From Candidatus Cloacimonadales bacterium (GTDB lineage: Bacteria; Cloacimonadota; Cloacimonadia; Cloacimonadales; JAIOQZ01), in contig OY762463.1 in NCBI GenBank assembly GCA_963665815.1, positions 896,001-960,000 on the forward strand: a DNA stretch of 64,000 bases, written 5' to 3'. The position numbers and the translations under genes were made by a program. The notes below the pieces were generated by a model that saw only the letters and a list, made by a program, of their open reading frames with translations, was not told the DNA's origin and did no database searches. Shown here one piece after another: positions 32,301-41,238 of this stretch (position 1 is its first letter; each line of letters starts with the position of its first letter).

Positions 32301-34005
32301 CTCAAATTTCGACTTTGTTCTGGAAAAAACCTTCCGTAAAAACCCTGAAGTTCAATACCTTACTGGTATATCAACAAATCCCGATAGTTTTAATTTCTAT
32401 GAGAAATATATCAAAAAAGAAGGAGGAGACAAGTCTGATCATGATTTTTCTTATGATGTTTACAACCATTTTAAAGGAGAGGAAGTTTCTGAATTATTCC
32501 TCACAAGTATCCCTGAATTCTTTGCATTCAGGAAAGATGCAGTATCCGTACGAGAAGTATTCAGCAGCAGGAAAATATCAATAGCATTATCACTCCTATA
32601 CCATGAAAGCAATATGACCAGCATAATGAAATACTGGAATCAGAGAGACAAGATTCCTCCAAAAGAATTTCTGGAGAGTATGCTGGATGTGCTTACATAT
32701 TACATAATGCCTGATCTTGCACAATACATTGTAGACGAATATGTCAGAGGTCATATTGACGAAGCATTAATGTTTAAAGCCCTCCCTCTTGCATTGAGTG
32801 GTAGATACTATGACATAAATTATAAAAAACATCTGATAAATGTAGTTAAAAATGAACCTATCAGAAAAACGCTGCAGAGCGACCTTGATCTGATTTCCCG
32901 AATTGGAGGAAAAAGGAAAAGCAACACCAGCCTGAAAAATGGCTTTTCTGGCAAGAAAGCGCTCTTCTATTTCTTCAAGAACGTCCATATACCAATCCTT
33001 GAACCTGTTTACAGGAAACTAAAGGAATTACACCCCGAAATCGAAATCGGCTTCAGCATAATGGAATATGCTCCTCAGATCAGAGCAGGTTTTACTCCAT
33101 CCGAAAGAGAATACATTGTCGGAATGGGTGAAAGAGTATATGCATCACCACAGGCATTCAAGCCTGATATAACTTTCATTGCAGATTCGATTTACCCGAT
33201 TGTGAAAGGCTGCGGCAAAATTGTCAATATCGGTCATGGTGTTCTCTCAAAGGGACAATACTACACCGATACTCCTGTTGCAAGAAGAGAAGAAGAAGCC
33301 GACCTGGTATGCGTCCCGGGTAAGTTCCATGAAGACATAATGAGAAAGATCATCTCTACTCCGGTTAAAGCAACTGGTATGGCTAAACTTGATCCTGTTT
33401 TCTCCGGTGAAATAACTCGAGAATCAGTTATCAATAAATACGGACTTCCGGCAGACAAAAAATATATTCTTTTCGCTCCCACATTTAATGATGAACTATC
33501 TGCTCTACCCTATCTGGCAGACAGAATTAATGAAGTCATACCTGACGACAATACAATCATGATTGTGAAGCTGCATGGATCAACAGCAGAGCATTACAAA
33601 CATACCATTAGAGAATTGGTCAGCAGGGACATTAGAATTGTCTTTGCCGAAGCTGACGAGTATGATATTACACCTTTTATGGCTCTGGCTGATGTTCTTA
33701 TCTCAGATTTTTCTTCTGCTATGATGGAATTCGCAGCTCTTGATAAACCAGTCGTATTGTTCAATAATCCTAAATGGAGAAATTACAAGTATTTCAACCC
33801 GAATGATATTGGCTTCAAATGGCGTGATATCGGAATTGAAGTGAAATCGATTGAAGAGACTAAATATGCTGTAGAACAATGTTTTGCATCTCCTGAATTC
33901 AAGTCAGACATCAGAAAGAAATATACAGATCAATTATTCGCAAATAAATATGGCAGATCAGCTGCTGAAGCTATAATCAATGAGTCACTAACCCTGCTCA
34001 ATTAA
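26317..34005 (+). CDS. Giant (2562 aa) multi-domain glycosyltransferase: ParB-like, SAM methyltransferase, GT4, GT2, GT4, TagF, degenerate GT2-like, TagF
   Basis: NGRHR; VLDIGTHWG; GIDR/K.RDY..RGIP; VSVVIP...GLAATRN..LDSDD..EDWDFW; PSLWENYPLVVQEA; two copies of IGHG..SKG...YAPTF...VKLHG...ISD.SSA.MEF.ALDKPV. Confidence 0.9.
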   Translation: MLQKDDPKVIMISPDTIRYAMIEEFQINEYTGEVLDGDWDRKIQKFDDRIDFYESFKMRLKDIPWQETPYFERVMREINQGYEKWGCTTEEQFLNRCIRLEGIYLNMKENGYIQNPDKDYAAVNIGRDGEIIFNNGRHRICFAKILNIPEIPVKITVRHSEWNQFREKVLTYASKHNGVVYAPLKHPDLKDIPSLHAGRFPYIKKHINPDSKTVLDIGTHWGYMCSKLEEECGKECFAIENGKGTFYYLEKIRKANEQNYHTIFANIFDFTRKYNKFDTVLALAIFHHFIKTPELHQELVDMLNRLEMKEMFLQAHRTDEPQMQGVYRNYSPDEFAQFIVDNSCLTHYKEICDFEGRKLFHIYKKETVQIGRKSFKGLGGLTIKTHREAPVKESQKLPPSKKVMFLGFVNGSYPQILNKIYNKYKAFKKIHNNTELLLIGKGDDKLPADLPFKYYDIRKIMPKANFLQTMQLSVSIVNSLIDEMKPDYIYMRYPLANEHTVSFVKKHKNLIVEFQTKQFEEFEKSSPKLLNLEKQYCKEFLSNIDTISAVTKEIADYEKNISGKNIPTFIFTNGVDVSSRPENDVLQEDIIHIAYVSMYAQYWQGIDRILYGISNSNAKNIKLHFIGNVTDDVRSMINQLGLNNIVELHGVMDEKGIDSILQKCSVGIGAMAVHRKGLKEAAAIKLRDYCSRGIPFVYSGDDSDFSTNLPFVHQYPLNDEPLDFSHIIKLAKEHNNSESRKKIRDYALSHLDWNVKAEKIMSFLYSLDSGEPIVDSADEYNTLRKLATNLKADKGNLEITKQLIAEMLRKKDEKITSGPLVSVVIPYYMQPETIVETLLSVYNQSYRNFEVILVNDGDTKEVEDVVNNNAQLFPDLNLKYFRKENEGLAATRNFGISKAEGKYVLPLDSDDMLASDFLKETVNYLEQHKDIDFVFTETLFYGAKNEIWAFRDFDPSYLIKRNMMTCTTLFRKEVWVQTGGYRTNMKHGYEDWDFWITASENGFKGGNIHLPLFLYRRKKDSMLENRVKYDHIAKAQIVKNHPNIFIQNHPQEEQLLKEKIGLIPEALQKKPSGEEPEQNRNSFSYPDMSNIKQELSARNLTPSNQMLSGSKPRILFVCHNFPPHKYGGAQLYAMHLAKKINELGIADVEILYPLFRGEIRQFGLIETEFEGLKVFQLAKDFSKGFELAVRHPYVEKVFDKFLSMRHYDAIHFHGLGQLTPVPIEVAYKKGIKTVMTFHEHWFLCFFWFLMSNRDSEICSGPESIDKCTKCVLQKYQSIPDIRKNYNDVRHFIASRFEYYKMMFDIIDYKFAPSQYLINKFEEYDFRGIQVNNLGMEPMEYVAKKKHSGIRFGIIGQISPRKGTDILLRAFQSLSKSEKDKLHVHGKCYFEGYMNMILQMISTTTGAEYQGAYTPEDLPHILSEIDVLIVPSLWENYPLVVQEAFLCKVPVITSNTGGFPEVVKHGTNGLLFKAGSYIDLAEKMQYILDNPNKVLEFSNNIKPVKTLTEDAEYYTSLYKKKIERCNDTKFSAAHVNSISPEKRELKNLTVQFYMQKSVHWPIYENLYEHVKLQPEVDKIVFCIPRLTEVVNSGYYDEISRLIDKVDEVVMHPADANADVTFIASTVQGKVWNCGKVVSIGHGTISKGFFFSDNVWVHRENWVDLLCVPGNYAYQLYKKILSTNIAATGMPKLDSAFNKDYDKSYLCQKYNLDPNKKIVLYAPTFNTNLSSVYNFAERFHELDQMGFYTLVKLHGTTLPRMFSHYRALGANFSNIVFVEESNLAYLLAGSDIMISDVSSAFMEFMALDKPVILYNNPERFQYHGFHETDIEWAWRDLGTQINSFDELLRILPGILRNGDGKSAIRKKYAETLLADLEGKASERVWNAVREVLPAESTVDVSLLSFVIVVTDDNWIVTRTQIQACDKYFRVPMEIVVVRNGVSDETAKSMQYLIDYHEYINFRLIDIDETSWHNAFERGVEDTSGNIVFTMKENAQLFSNFDFVLEKTFRKNPEVQYLTGISTNPDSFNFYEKYIKKEGGDKSDHDFSYDVYNHFKGEEVSELFLTSIPEFFAFRKDAVSVREVFSSRKISIALSLLYHESNMTSIMKYWNQRDKIPPKEFLESMLDVLTYYIMPDLAQYIVDEYVRGHIDEALMFKALPLALSGRYYDINYKKHLINVVKNEPIRKTLQSDLDLISRIGGKRKSNTSLKNGFSGKKALFYFFKNVHIPILEPVYRKLKELHPEIEIGFSIMEYAPQIRAGFTPSEREYIVGMGERVYASPQAFKPDITFIADSIYPIVKGCGKIVNIGHGVLSKGQYYTDTPVARREEEADLVCVPGKFHEDIMRKIISTPVKATGMAKLDPVFSGEITRESVINKYGLPADKKYILFAPTFNDELSALPYLADRINEVIPDDNTIMIVKLHGSTAEHYKHTIRELVSRDIRIVFAEADEYDITPFMALADVLISDFSSAMMEFAALDKPVVLFNNPKWRNYKYFNPNDIGFKWRDIGIEVKSIEETKYAVEQCFASPEFKSDIRKKYTDQLFANKYGRSAAEAIINESLTLLN

Positions 34006-34019
34006 TAAAGGATGCTGAT

Positions 34020-35048
34020 ATGGTTAAATTTTTAGTGCTGGCAACCCAGAGATCCGGAACAGTCTTTCTGGAATCCATCCTTAACAGTCACCCTGACATT
34101 TACTGTACAGGTGAAAGACTTCTTTATAACAATGTAAACTCTTTTATTGATTACTGGGAAGAGAAGGTTAAAGAAAATAAAATCAACCTGACCCCAAAGT
34201 ATTCATCAAAAGTACTATATGATTTTATGGATGAGTACTTTAATGCTCGAACAGAAAAAGCTGTTGGATTTGATATTAAATACAATCAGTACTTTACAAT
34301 TGCGAACATGCATTCTGTTTTGCAGAAACACAATATAAAAATTATTCATCTGGTAAGAGAAAACATCCTTAAGACTCTGATTTCACTCAGGTTAAATGTA
34401 ATGCAAAGAGAACTACACAGGAAATCTCACACAAAAGAAAAAGTCAAAGCAGTGAAAATCCGACTCGAAACCGGAAATAAACTGATTAAAGAACTGAATC
34501 GCAGAGATGAGCAGATTCAATATTTCAAACAGCTCTTGAGTAGTTATTTTCCATATCTTGAGCTTCATTATGAAAAGTTCTTCCCTGAGAATCAGGGAGA
34601 GGCTCAGACTATACGTCCTGAAATCCTCAGCAGTGTAACAGAATTTCTGGAAGTCGATCTGGGTGAAAACAAAATGTCTACACCATACCGTAAGACCAAT
34701 CCCGTAGGATTAAGAGATCTTCTTGAAAACTATGATGAAGTATATAATACTCTCATTAACACCAGATTTGCCCATCTCCTAAATGAATCTGTTCCCAATG
34801 ATAATTTTGTAAACAGGATTAATCAGGGAGAAAAGCTGTTTTCAGAAAATAGAATACAAGAAGCTCTTGACTCTTTCTACAAAATGTTCGAGACTTATCC
34901 GGAAAATGCCAGATTATGTAACAATATCGCAGTATGTTACTGGCAGCTGCATAATAATCAAAAAGCTGAGGAGTTCATGAAACACGCTATCCGTATTGAG
35001 CCTGAAAATCCTCAATACAGGCAAAACCTGCAAGATATGAAAATATGA
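34020..35048 (+). CDS. Sulfotransferase (Stf0-like) with C-terminal TPR
   Basis: PAPS loop ATQRSGT..L...LNSHP, IHLVREN.L....S, L.YE; TPR at the C-terminus. Confidence 0.85.
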   Translation: MVKFLVLATQRSGTVFLESILNSHPDIYCTGERLLYNNVNSFIDYWEEKVKENKINLTPKYSSKVLYDFMDEYFNARTEKAVGFDIKYNQYFTIANMHSVLQKHNIKIIHLVRENILKTLISLRLNVMQRELHRKSHTKEKVKAVKIRLETGNKLIKELNRRDEQIQYFKQLLSSYFPYLELHYEKFFPENQGEAQTIRPEILSSVTEFLEVDLGENKMSTPYRKTNPVGLRDLLENYDEVYNTLINTRFAHLLNESVPNDNFVNRINQGEKLFSENRIQEALDSFYKMFETYPENARLCNNIAVCYWQLHNNQKAEEFMKHAIRIEPENPQYRQNLQDMKI

Positions 35049-36169
35049 GACTACTTATTCTGAATTATGAATATCCTCCTATTGGTGGAGGTGCTGCAAT
35101 GCAGACAAAACTGCTTGCTGAGAAATTTGCAGAACGTGGTCATAAAGTAACTGTGATTACTTCTCACTTCAAGAACCTGCCATGGATAGAGCTGAAAGAA
35201 AACTTGCAGATTATCAGAGTACCGGCAGGACGTAAAAGAGCCGACCGCAGCACAATGCCAGAGATGCTTATGTATCTGATGATGGCGAAACTCGTCTATC
35301 TGTATCAGTTAGTCTTTAACAGACCTGTCGCTGTACTGAACTTTTTTCTTATGCCAACCGGAGCATTGGGATTCCTTTGCAAGATGTTGTTCAGAATACC
35401 CTTTATTGTATTGTTGAGAGGAGCTGATGTTCATGGATTCATTGTTCCGGAACACAGACGTAAACTTAAGTACTTCAAACCTTTTTCAACATTTCTGGCA
35501 CATTATGCTGATAAACTTGTTGCCGTCAGCAGAGATCTTGCTGATATGGCAGAAGATATATTTAATGTAAAAAACGTAAATGTTATAGAAAACTCAGTTC
35601 CTTTATGCCATGGAGAGCGAAAAATACCATCCGAATTTACCAGATTCCTTTTTGTTGGTAGACTTTCTCTGGAAAAAAGTATTGATGATATAATAACAGC
35701 ATTCTCAAAAACCGAAAACAGCGTTCTGGAAATACTGGGTGACGGACATATGAGAGAGAGTCTGGAAAGACTTGTTCATAAGCTGAGGATTGAGGACAGA
35801 GTCAACTTTCATGGCTGGGTTTCCCGAGAAGAAGTAAACAGCTGGATGTTAAAATCTCATTGTCTCGTACTCTACTCCAGAGTAGAAGGCATGTCGATGT
35901 CCGGGTTAACTGCTTTCAGCAGCGGTTTGCCAATTATTGGAAGCAATGCAGCCGGAATGAGAAATTTCGTGATTGACAAAGTGAATGGCTTCATAGTTGA
36001 ATTGGGTAACCCTGATGCACTCGCAGAGCTGATGATAGAAATCACCGAGAAAAAGTATAATCTTGAGGAAATGAGTGCAAATTGTCGCAGAATCGTTGAG
36101 GAAAAGTACTCAGTTGATAAAGCTGCTGATAAATATCTTACTCTGATAAATCAGATGATTGGGAGATAA
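35045..36169 (+). CDS. GT4 glycosyltransferase
   Basis: NYEYPPIGGG, FVGRLS.EK, EGMSMSGLTA..SGLP. Confidence 0.9.
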   Translation: MRLLILNYEYPPIGGGAAMQTKLLAEKFAERGHKVTVITSHFKNLPWIELKENLQIIRVPAGRKRADRSTMPEMLMYLMMAKLVYLYQLVFNRPVAVLNFFLMPTGALGFLCKMLFRIPFIVLLRGADVHGFIVPEHRRKLKYFKPFSTFLAHYADKLVAVSRDLADMAEDIFNVKNVNVIENSVPLCHGERKIPSEFTRFLFVGRLSLEKSIDDIITAFSKTENSVLEILGDGHMRESLERLVHKLRIEDRVNFHGWVSREEVNSWMLKSHCLVLYSRVEGMSMSGLTAFSSGLPIIGSNAAGMRNFVIDKVNGFIVELGNPDALAELMIEITEKKYNLEEMSANCRRIVEEKYSVDKAADKYLTLINQMIGR

Positions 36170-36170
36170 A

Positions 36171-38012
36171 ATGAAAATAGATACCGCCGCTGAAAAACTG
36201 AAAGAGAAGATTTTAAATCTGGATATAAATTCCCTGAATGCATCAGATTACTTTAAAAACTACCTGAGATCTTATCAGGATGATATTGATGCCGTAATTC
36301 CGCGTTATGTACGGATTTTGAAAGAATCACTTAAAGGTCATAGACGTTCATGTACAGCCTTTCTGGACTATGGTGGAGGAAGCGGATTCCTGACGATGCT
36401 TGCCAAGCTGTCAGGTATCCACAGAGTAGTATATATGGATATCTCTGAGGAAATCCGCAATGGGGCGGCAGAACTTTCTTCCGTGCTGAGTATACCTGTT
36501 GACGCTTATTATACCGGCACCTATGAGAGTTTGGAGATCGATGAGAAGTTTGATGTTATAGCTAACTATGACGTACTTGAACATGTCTATGATCCGTTTA
36601 AGGCATTTAAAGCTTTATCTGAGCTGCTTACTGTAAATGGTACAATATACATGGCTTCCGGAAGTAACACTTACCATCCTGTAATCTACTGGATGATGAC
36701 AAAGAAGCACGAAATATCTGAATATTCAGGCACGGTATCCGGTAAAAAAATGGACGCCAAAGAACCTTTCTTTGAGATTAGAAAAACAATAATTAAAACA
36801 AATTTTCCATCTCTTTGTGAAGATGAAATTTCAAAGCTGGCAGAGAAAACCAGAGGTTTCAGAGAAGAAGATATCATCTCTATTGTTGATATGTATACTA
36901 AATCCGATTTGATGCCATTAAAAGTGCATAAAAACAATACCTGTGATCCATATACAGGAAACTGGGATGAAAACCTGATATCCTATTTCAGTCTGGCGCG
37001 CAAACTCAGAACGCTTTTTAAGAGAGTTGAAATTCTCCCGGGATACTATCCTGAAGTAGACGCGGAGTTCAAGCGAACTCCGGATGTTAAGGATAAAAAC
37101 ATTATAAACAAAGTTTATCCATATCTCAGCTACCTGTCTGTAAAGCTTGCTCCGTTTCTAAATTCCCTGATAAGACTTCTTCCGGGAAATTCGAAGTTTA
37201 CTGTTGCACCATATTATGTCATTAAAGCCTCTTATAAAAAGAACCATGCTGATGATTCTACCCAAAAAATAGCAGAAATTTATGATAAATGGGATGCTTG
37301 GAATGAAGATGTAAAGCCCATGGATATAACTCTACCATACACTCCGGGAATTTCATTGAAGAAAGTCGTGGAATTTCTTGATAAGAAGAAGTTTTCAAAA
37401 GAATCGGCTATACTTGATGCAGGTTGCGGCAATGGAAATGCTGTTTTAACAATGAAGAATATGGGCTACAATCCGGAAGCGTGCGATATATCGAAGCAGG
37501 CATCCGTTGTACTGAACAACTTTAAGCAGGGAAGTGTTACCGACTTACCATACAATGATGAAAACTTTGATCTGGTTTACTCACTTTCTGTTCTACACCA
37601 TCTGGATGATATAGAGCAGGGACTTCGGGAATTTGCCCGAGTACTGAAAACAGGTGGTTACTTCATTGCTTCCTTCCATACCAGAAATTCTCTTTACTAT
37701 CTGGAAACACTTGTTAAAAGAAAACTATTTCCGAAGAAGTTTAAACATTACGATTATGTGACTTTCTCTACCGTTTCGGAACTCCTTGATATGTTCCGTA
37801 AAAATGGTTTTGCCGTTGAAAGTTTTGATGGAATTCATCCTTTCTGGCTGATTAACAAGTTTATAGAGATAAGCGAGTTTCTTAAAAGAAAAGGTATTGT
37901 AAATTCTAACCCCTTTGTTAAGCTCGAAAAAATACTGTCCGGACTTATTCCACAAAGAATGAAAACCGAAATTTCTTATCACGCCATATTTGTATGTAAA
38001 AAGGTGAAATAA
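36171..38012 (+). CDS. Tandem double class I SAM-dependent methyltransferase
   Basis: LDYGGGSG...VLEHVYDP and LDAGCGNG...LPY.DE.FD....VLHH..RVLK.GG; GGGAG SD before ATG 36171. Confidence 0.85.
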   Translation: MKIDTAAEKLKEKILNLDINSLNASDYFKNYLRSYQDDIDAVIPRYVRILKESLKGHRRSCTAFLDYGGGSGFLTMLAKLSGIHRVVYMDISEEIRNGAAELSSVLSIPVDAYYTGTYESLEIDEKFDVIANYDVLEHVYDPFKAFKALSELLTVNGTIYMASGSNTYHPVIYWMMTKKHEISEYSGTVSGKKMDAKEPFFEIRKTIIKTNFPSLCEDEISKLAEKTRGFREEDIISIVDMYTKSDLMPLKVHKNNTCDPYTGNWDENLISYFSLARKLRTLFKRVEILPGYYPEVDAEFKRTPDVKDKNIINKVYPYLSYLSVKLAPFLNSLIRLLPGNSKFTVAPYYVIKASYKKNHADDSTQKIAEIYDKWDAWNEDVKPMDITLPYTPGISLKKVVEFLDKKKFSKESAILDAGCGNGNAVLTMKNMGYNPEACDISKQASVVLNNFKQGSVTDLPYNDENFDLVYSLSVLHHLDDIEQGLREFARVLKTGGYFIASFHTRNSLYYLETLVKRKLFPKKFKHYDYVTFSTVSELLDMFRKNGFAVESFDGIHPFWLINKFIEISEFLKRKGIVNSNPFVKLEKILSGLIPQRMKTEISYHAIFVCKKVK

Positions 38013-38013
38013 G

Positions 38014-39231
38014 ATGGGAAAAAAGTTTTTGATTACTGGAGTATCCCTAAGGAGTAAAGGCGGTTCTGCCATGGTACAGGCTGCCTGTAATCTCATAGGT
38101 AAACAGCATAACTACAGTGTTCTCAGTTTCTATCCGGAGCTGGATAAGGCTGCAATATCAAGTATTCGGGATACCCACAGAATCAATGTAATATCCTATT
38201 CAACTTCATTAGGCAGAAAAATAGCTTTTAAATTAGAAGCATTATTGATGCTGCTTGATTACATATTTGGTTATATCTCAGGGAATAAGCTTCTTGTTAA
38301 ACTCAGCAGATACAGTAGAGAGATTTCAAATGTAAACGGAATTCTGGAGATTCACGGAATAGCTTTTTCGGATTACTATGGATTTAATGATGCTCTTACT
38401 TCATTTCTGAAAATGAAAATTGCCAAATTCAGTAAAACACCTTTTTTCTGCTTACCTCAGTCCTATGGTCCCATATCGTCTAATCTGAACAGAAAATTAG
38501 CTGAATATGCCCTTGAAAGTACGGAGTTAGTCCTTCCAAGAGGAATGAAATCACTGAAACTCGTTGAAGAGTTCAGATTGAATAATCCACATGTGGAATT
38601 CATGCCAGACCTAGCTTTTGCATTTAATAATCCACTTGAAGAAAACACACTTAATTTACTGAATAAATTAAATATAGACAAGCACAGTAAATACGCTGCA
38701 ATAATTCCAAACATACTTTTTCTGAGATGGGGATTTCCGGAAACTGTTACTTATTATGCTGAGATCATCGACCATTTTCATAATAAATACGGATATAAAT
38801 TGATCCTGATTCCACATCAGTATAATGACGCTGGAACAGACGACAGAACATTCAATCAGGAGATATACAATAAAGTATCTGACAAAAGCTGCCTGATTAA
38901 AATAGATGATATGCTGACAGCCAATGAGATAAAGTCACTGATTTCAGTTTGTGATTTCACATTGTGCTCAAGATTCCATGGTATGATCTCATCTCTGAAA
39001 ATGGGAGTTGAACCGTTTGTAATCAGCTGGGCAGAGAAATATCATGAGATCATGGATTTGTATGGTCTCATTGAAAACGTTCAGGACCATAAGCAAGTAA
39101 ATGTTAAAAACTTTATTGATAGAATAGAATCGCGTCTCAAAGTTGAATCAAAAGAACAGATAATGACTAAGAATGAGGAGTTTATGAAAACACTCAAGGA
39201 ACTCCGGGAATACCTACGTACGAGGTGTTAA
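38014..39231 (+). CDS. Polysaccharide pyruvyl transferase family protein
   Basis: KGGSAM, PQSYGP, PDLAF, IPH, SRFHG.I, SW..KY. Confidence 0.88.
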   Translation: MGKKFLITGVSLRSKGGSAMVQAACNLIGKQHNYSVLSFYPELDKAAISSIRDTHRINVISYSTSLGRKIAFKLEALLMLLDYIFGYISGNKLLVKLSRYSREISNVNGILEIHGIAFSDYYGFNDALTSFLKMKIAKFSKTPFFCLPQSYGPISSNLNRKLAEYALESTELVLPRGMKSLKLVEEFRLNNPHVEFMPDLAFAFNNPLEENTLNLLNKLNIDKHSKYAAIIPNILFLRWGFPETVTYYAEIIDHFHNKYGYKLILIPHQYNDAGTDDRTFNQEIYNKVSDKSCLIKIDDMLTANEIKSLISVCDFTLCSRFHGMISSLKMGVEPFVISWAEKYHEIMDLYGLIENVQDHKQVNVKNFIDRIESRLKVESKEQIMTKNEEFMKTLKELREYLRTRC

Positions 39232-39232
39232 A

Positions 39233-39883
39233 TTGCTGAAAAAACTATCTCAATATATAGCAAGAAAAAGATTCAGAAATCACATTATCCAACCCTGGAC
39301 AAGTTCTGAGTTCAAAGAGCAGCTTGTCAGAGCAAGATCAAGACTGGACAATGAGAGAAACCATATTCTCCGAGAATTCCTGCAGCATGCTTTAAAACAA
39401 CAGGGAGATGTCGCTGAATTCGGTGTATACAAAGGTGGAACAGCCTGGCTTATGGCTGAGATTATGCAAAAGACAGATAAAAAGCTGCACCTTTATGATA
39501 CGTTTGAAGGTTCCCCTGAAAAATCGGGAAATGATGTTGGTGAAAGAAAGGTCTTTTATCGTGATGTTAGCCTGAAAGAATTGAAAGATCAATTTCATAC
39601 ATTCAGCTTTGTTAATTTCCATGCAGGACTTTTGCCGGACTCAATCGGATCAGCGGATTTTACTCAATTATGCTTTGCCCACCTGCATCTGAATCTTCAT
39701 GAAGGCACCAGAGGTACTCTTGATTATATTTTCAGTAAAGTGGTTGATAAAGGAATCATTCTTATTGAAGATTATGGGATTATTGAATGCTCAGGTGTCA
39801 GAAAAGCTGTAGATGAGTTCTGTGAGTCGAATGAACTAAAACTAATCTATCTTCCAACATGTCAGGGAGTTATAATAAAATGA
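39233..39883 (+). CDS. TylF/MycF/NovP-family O-methyltransferase
   Basis: GDVAEFGVYKGG, YDTFEG, EDYG...C.GVRKAVDEF; the usual HIDxD reads HLHLN. Confidence 0.8.
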   Translation: MLKKLSQYIARKRFRNHIIQPWTSSEFKEQLVRARSRLDNERNHILREFLQHALKQQGDVAEFGVYKGGTAWLMAEIMQKTDKKLHLYDTFEGSPEKSGNDVGERKVFYRDVSLKELKDQFHTFSFVNFHAGLLPDSIGSADFTQLCFAHLHLNLHEGTRGTLDYIFSKVVDKGIILIEDYGIIECSGVRKAVDEFCESNELKLIYLPTCQGVIIK

Positions 39884-41229
39884 AACACATAGGATTTGTA
39901 CCGGAGAATGGCTTATGTACCGGATGTGGTGCCTGCACAGGGATTTGCCCTGTTAATGCAATTACACCGGTATGGGATAAATACGGTGACAGAGTACCAG
40001 AAGTTGATAGCGCAAAATGTATTTCCTGCGGACTCTGCGTGAAGGTCTGTCCCGGGTACAAGGTTGACTATAAACATCTCAATCTAGAATGCCATATACA
40101 GGAATCTGACACGCTCAAAGTAGGTGTTGGCTCATGTAAATCCTGCGATATAATATACACTGAGAACAGAGAATCATTTCAGGAAGCAACATCCGGCGGA
40201 GTTGTGCGTGAATTACTTGCCACTCTTATTGAGAAAGGTGAAATCAACGGAGTATTGATGATAACAGCTCAGGAAAAATTGAGTTTTCCTTTCTATGCCC
40301 CATATAAAGTATTTACTGATCCCGATGAGATCCGCAAGCATAAAGTTCATTCCCGATATTGCCCTGCCCCACTTTTGGAAGGACTCAAGGAAATTGAGAG
40401 TGATGATAAAGTGTATGCTATTGTAACCCTCCCATGCCACACGCACGCAATACGGAATTTACAGGCTGAGAAGCCGGTCTGGAAGAAAAAGCTAAAATAC
40501 CTGTTTGGGCTGATATGCAGCGGCACACCAACAGCAAATGCCAATGCTTATCTATTTGCTGATAATGGGGTTGATGAAACTACCCTGGACTGGGTTGATT
40601 ATCGTTACGGTGAATGGCCCAAAGGTGTTTACGGTAGAGACAACGAAGGCAAAATGCACAACGTTCGTAAAATGGGTGGACTAAAAGAGCAGAACAGATT
40701 ATTCCAGATGATCGGAATGGTTTATATGAGTCCATACTTCTGGAGACGACGATGTCTTTTCTGTGCTGACTTTTTCAATCAATATGCAGATATAGCCTGC
40801 GGTGACCCTTGGGTCAGAAAGTACTGGAAAGGCTCGATAAAAGACGGTCTCAAGGGTGGAACTCTCACAATCATCAGAACTGAGCATGTTCAAAAGCTGG
40901 TAGATGAAATGCTTGCAGCCGGAAAGCTGGACAAAAGAATGGAAGTTGAACCTGACGACATTCATGTTTCCATGGGTGTTTTCCAGCATAAAAGAATCAA
41001 ACCGTTTGAATCATACAAAAAGCATGTACATAAATTTAACATGGAATTCCCTGATCATCAGCACTTTGAAAATCCATATAATGATTTGAATAAGCGGGAA
41101 GGATACTTCAATCTTTTGAAAAGTCAACTAACATTAAAGCGAAGTCGATGGTGGATATTTAAGTACATTCAATTTGTTGAAGAAGGCTTTGCTTTCATAA
41201 AACGTAAAATCAAACGAGAAATAGCATAG
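39880..41229 (+). CDS. FrhB/F420 hydrogenase-dehydrogenase beta-subunit-like Fe-S protein, copy 1
   Basis: Two CxxCxxCxxxCP ferredoxin motifs, TSGG, S.YCP, LPCH, GLIC.G, YR...WP, C.FC.D, ADI.CGDPW; start at ATG 39880. Confidence 0.88.
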   Translation: MKHIGFVPENGLCTGCGACTGICPVNAITPVWDKYGDRVPEVDSAKCISCGLCVKVCPGYKVDYKHLNLECHIQESDTLKVGVGSCKSCDIIYTENRESFQEATSGGVVRELLATLIEKGEINGVLMITAQEKLSFPFYAPYKVFTDPDEIRKHKVHSRYCPAPLLEGLKEIESDDKVYAIVTLPCHTHAIRNLQAEKPVWKKKLKYLFGLICSGTPTANANAYLFADNGVDETTLDWVDYRYGEWPKGVYGRDNEGKMHNVRKMGGLKEQNRLFQMIGMVYMSPYFWRRRCLFCADFFNQYADIACGDPWVRKYWKGSIKDGLKGGTLTIIRTEHVQKLVDEMLAAGKLDKRMEVEPDDIHVSMGVFQHKRIKPFESYKKHVHKFNMEFPDHQHFENPYNDLNKREGYFNLLKSQLTLKRSRWWIFKYIQFVEEGFAFIKRKIKREIA

Positions 41230-41238
41230 GTAATATAG

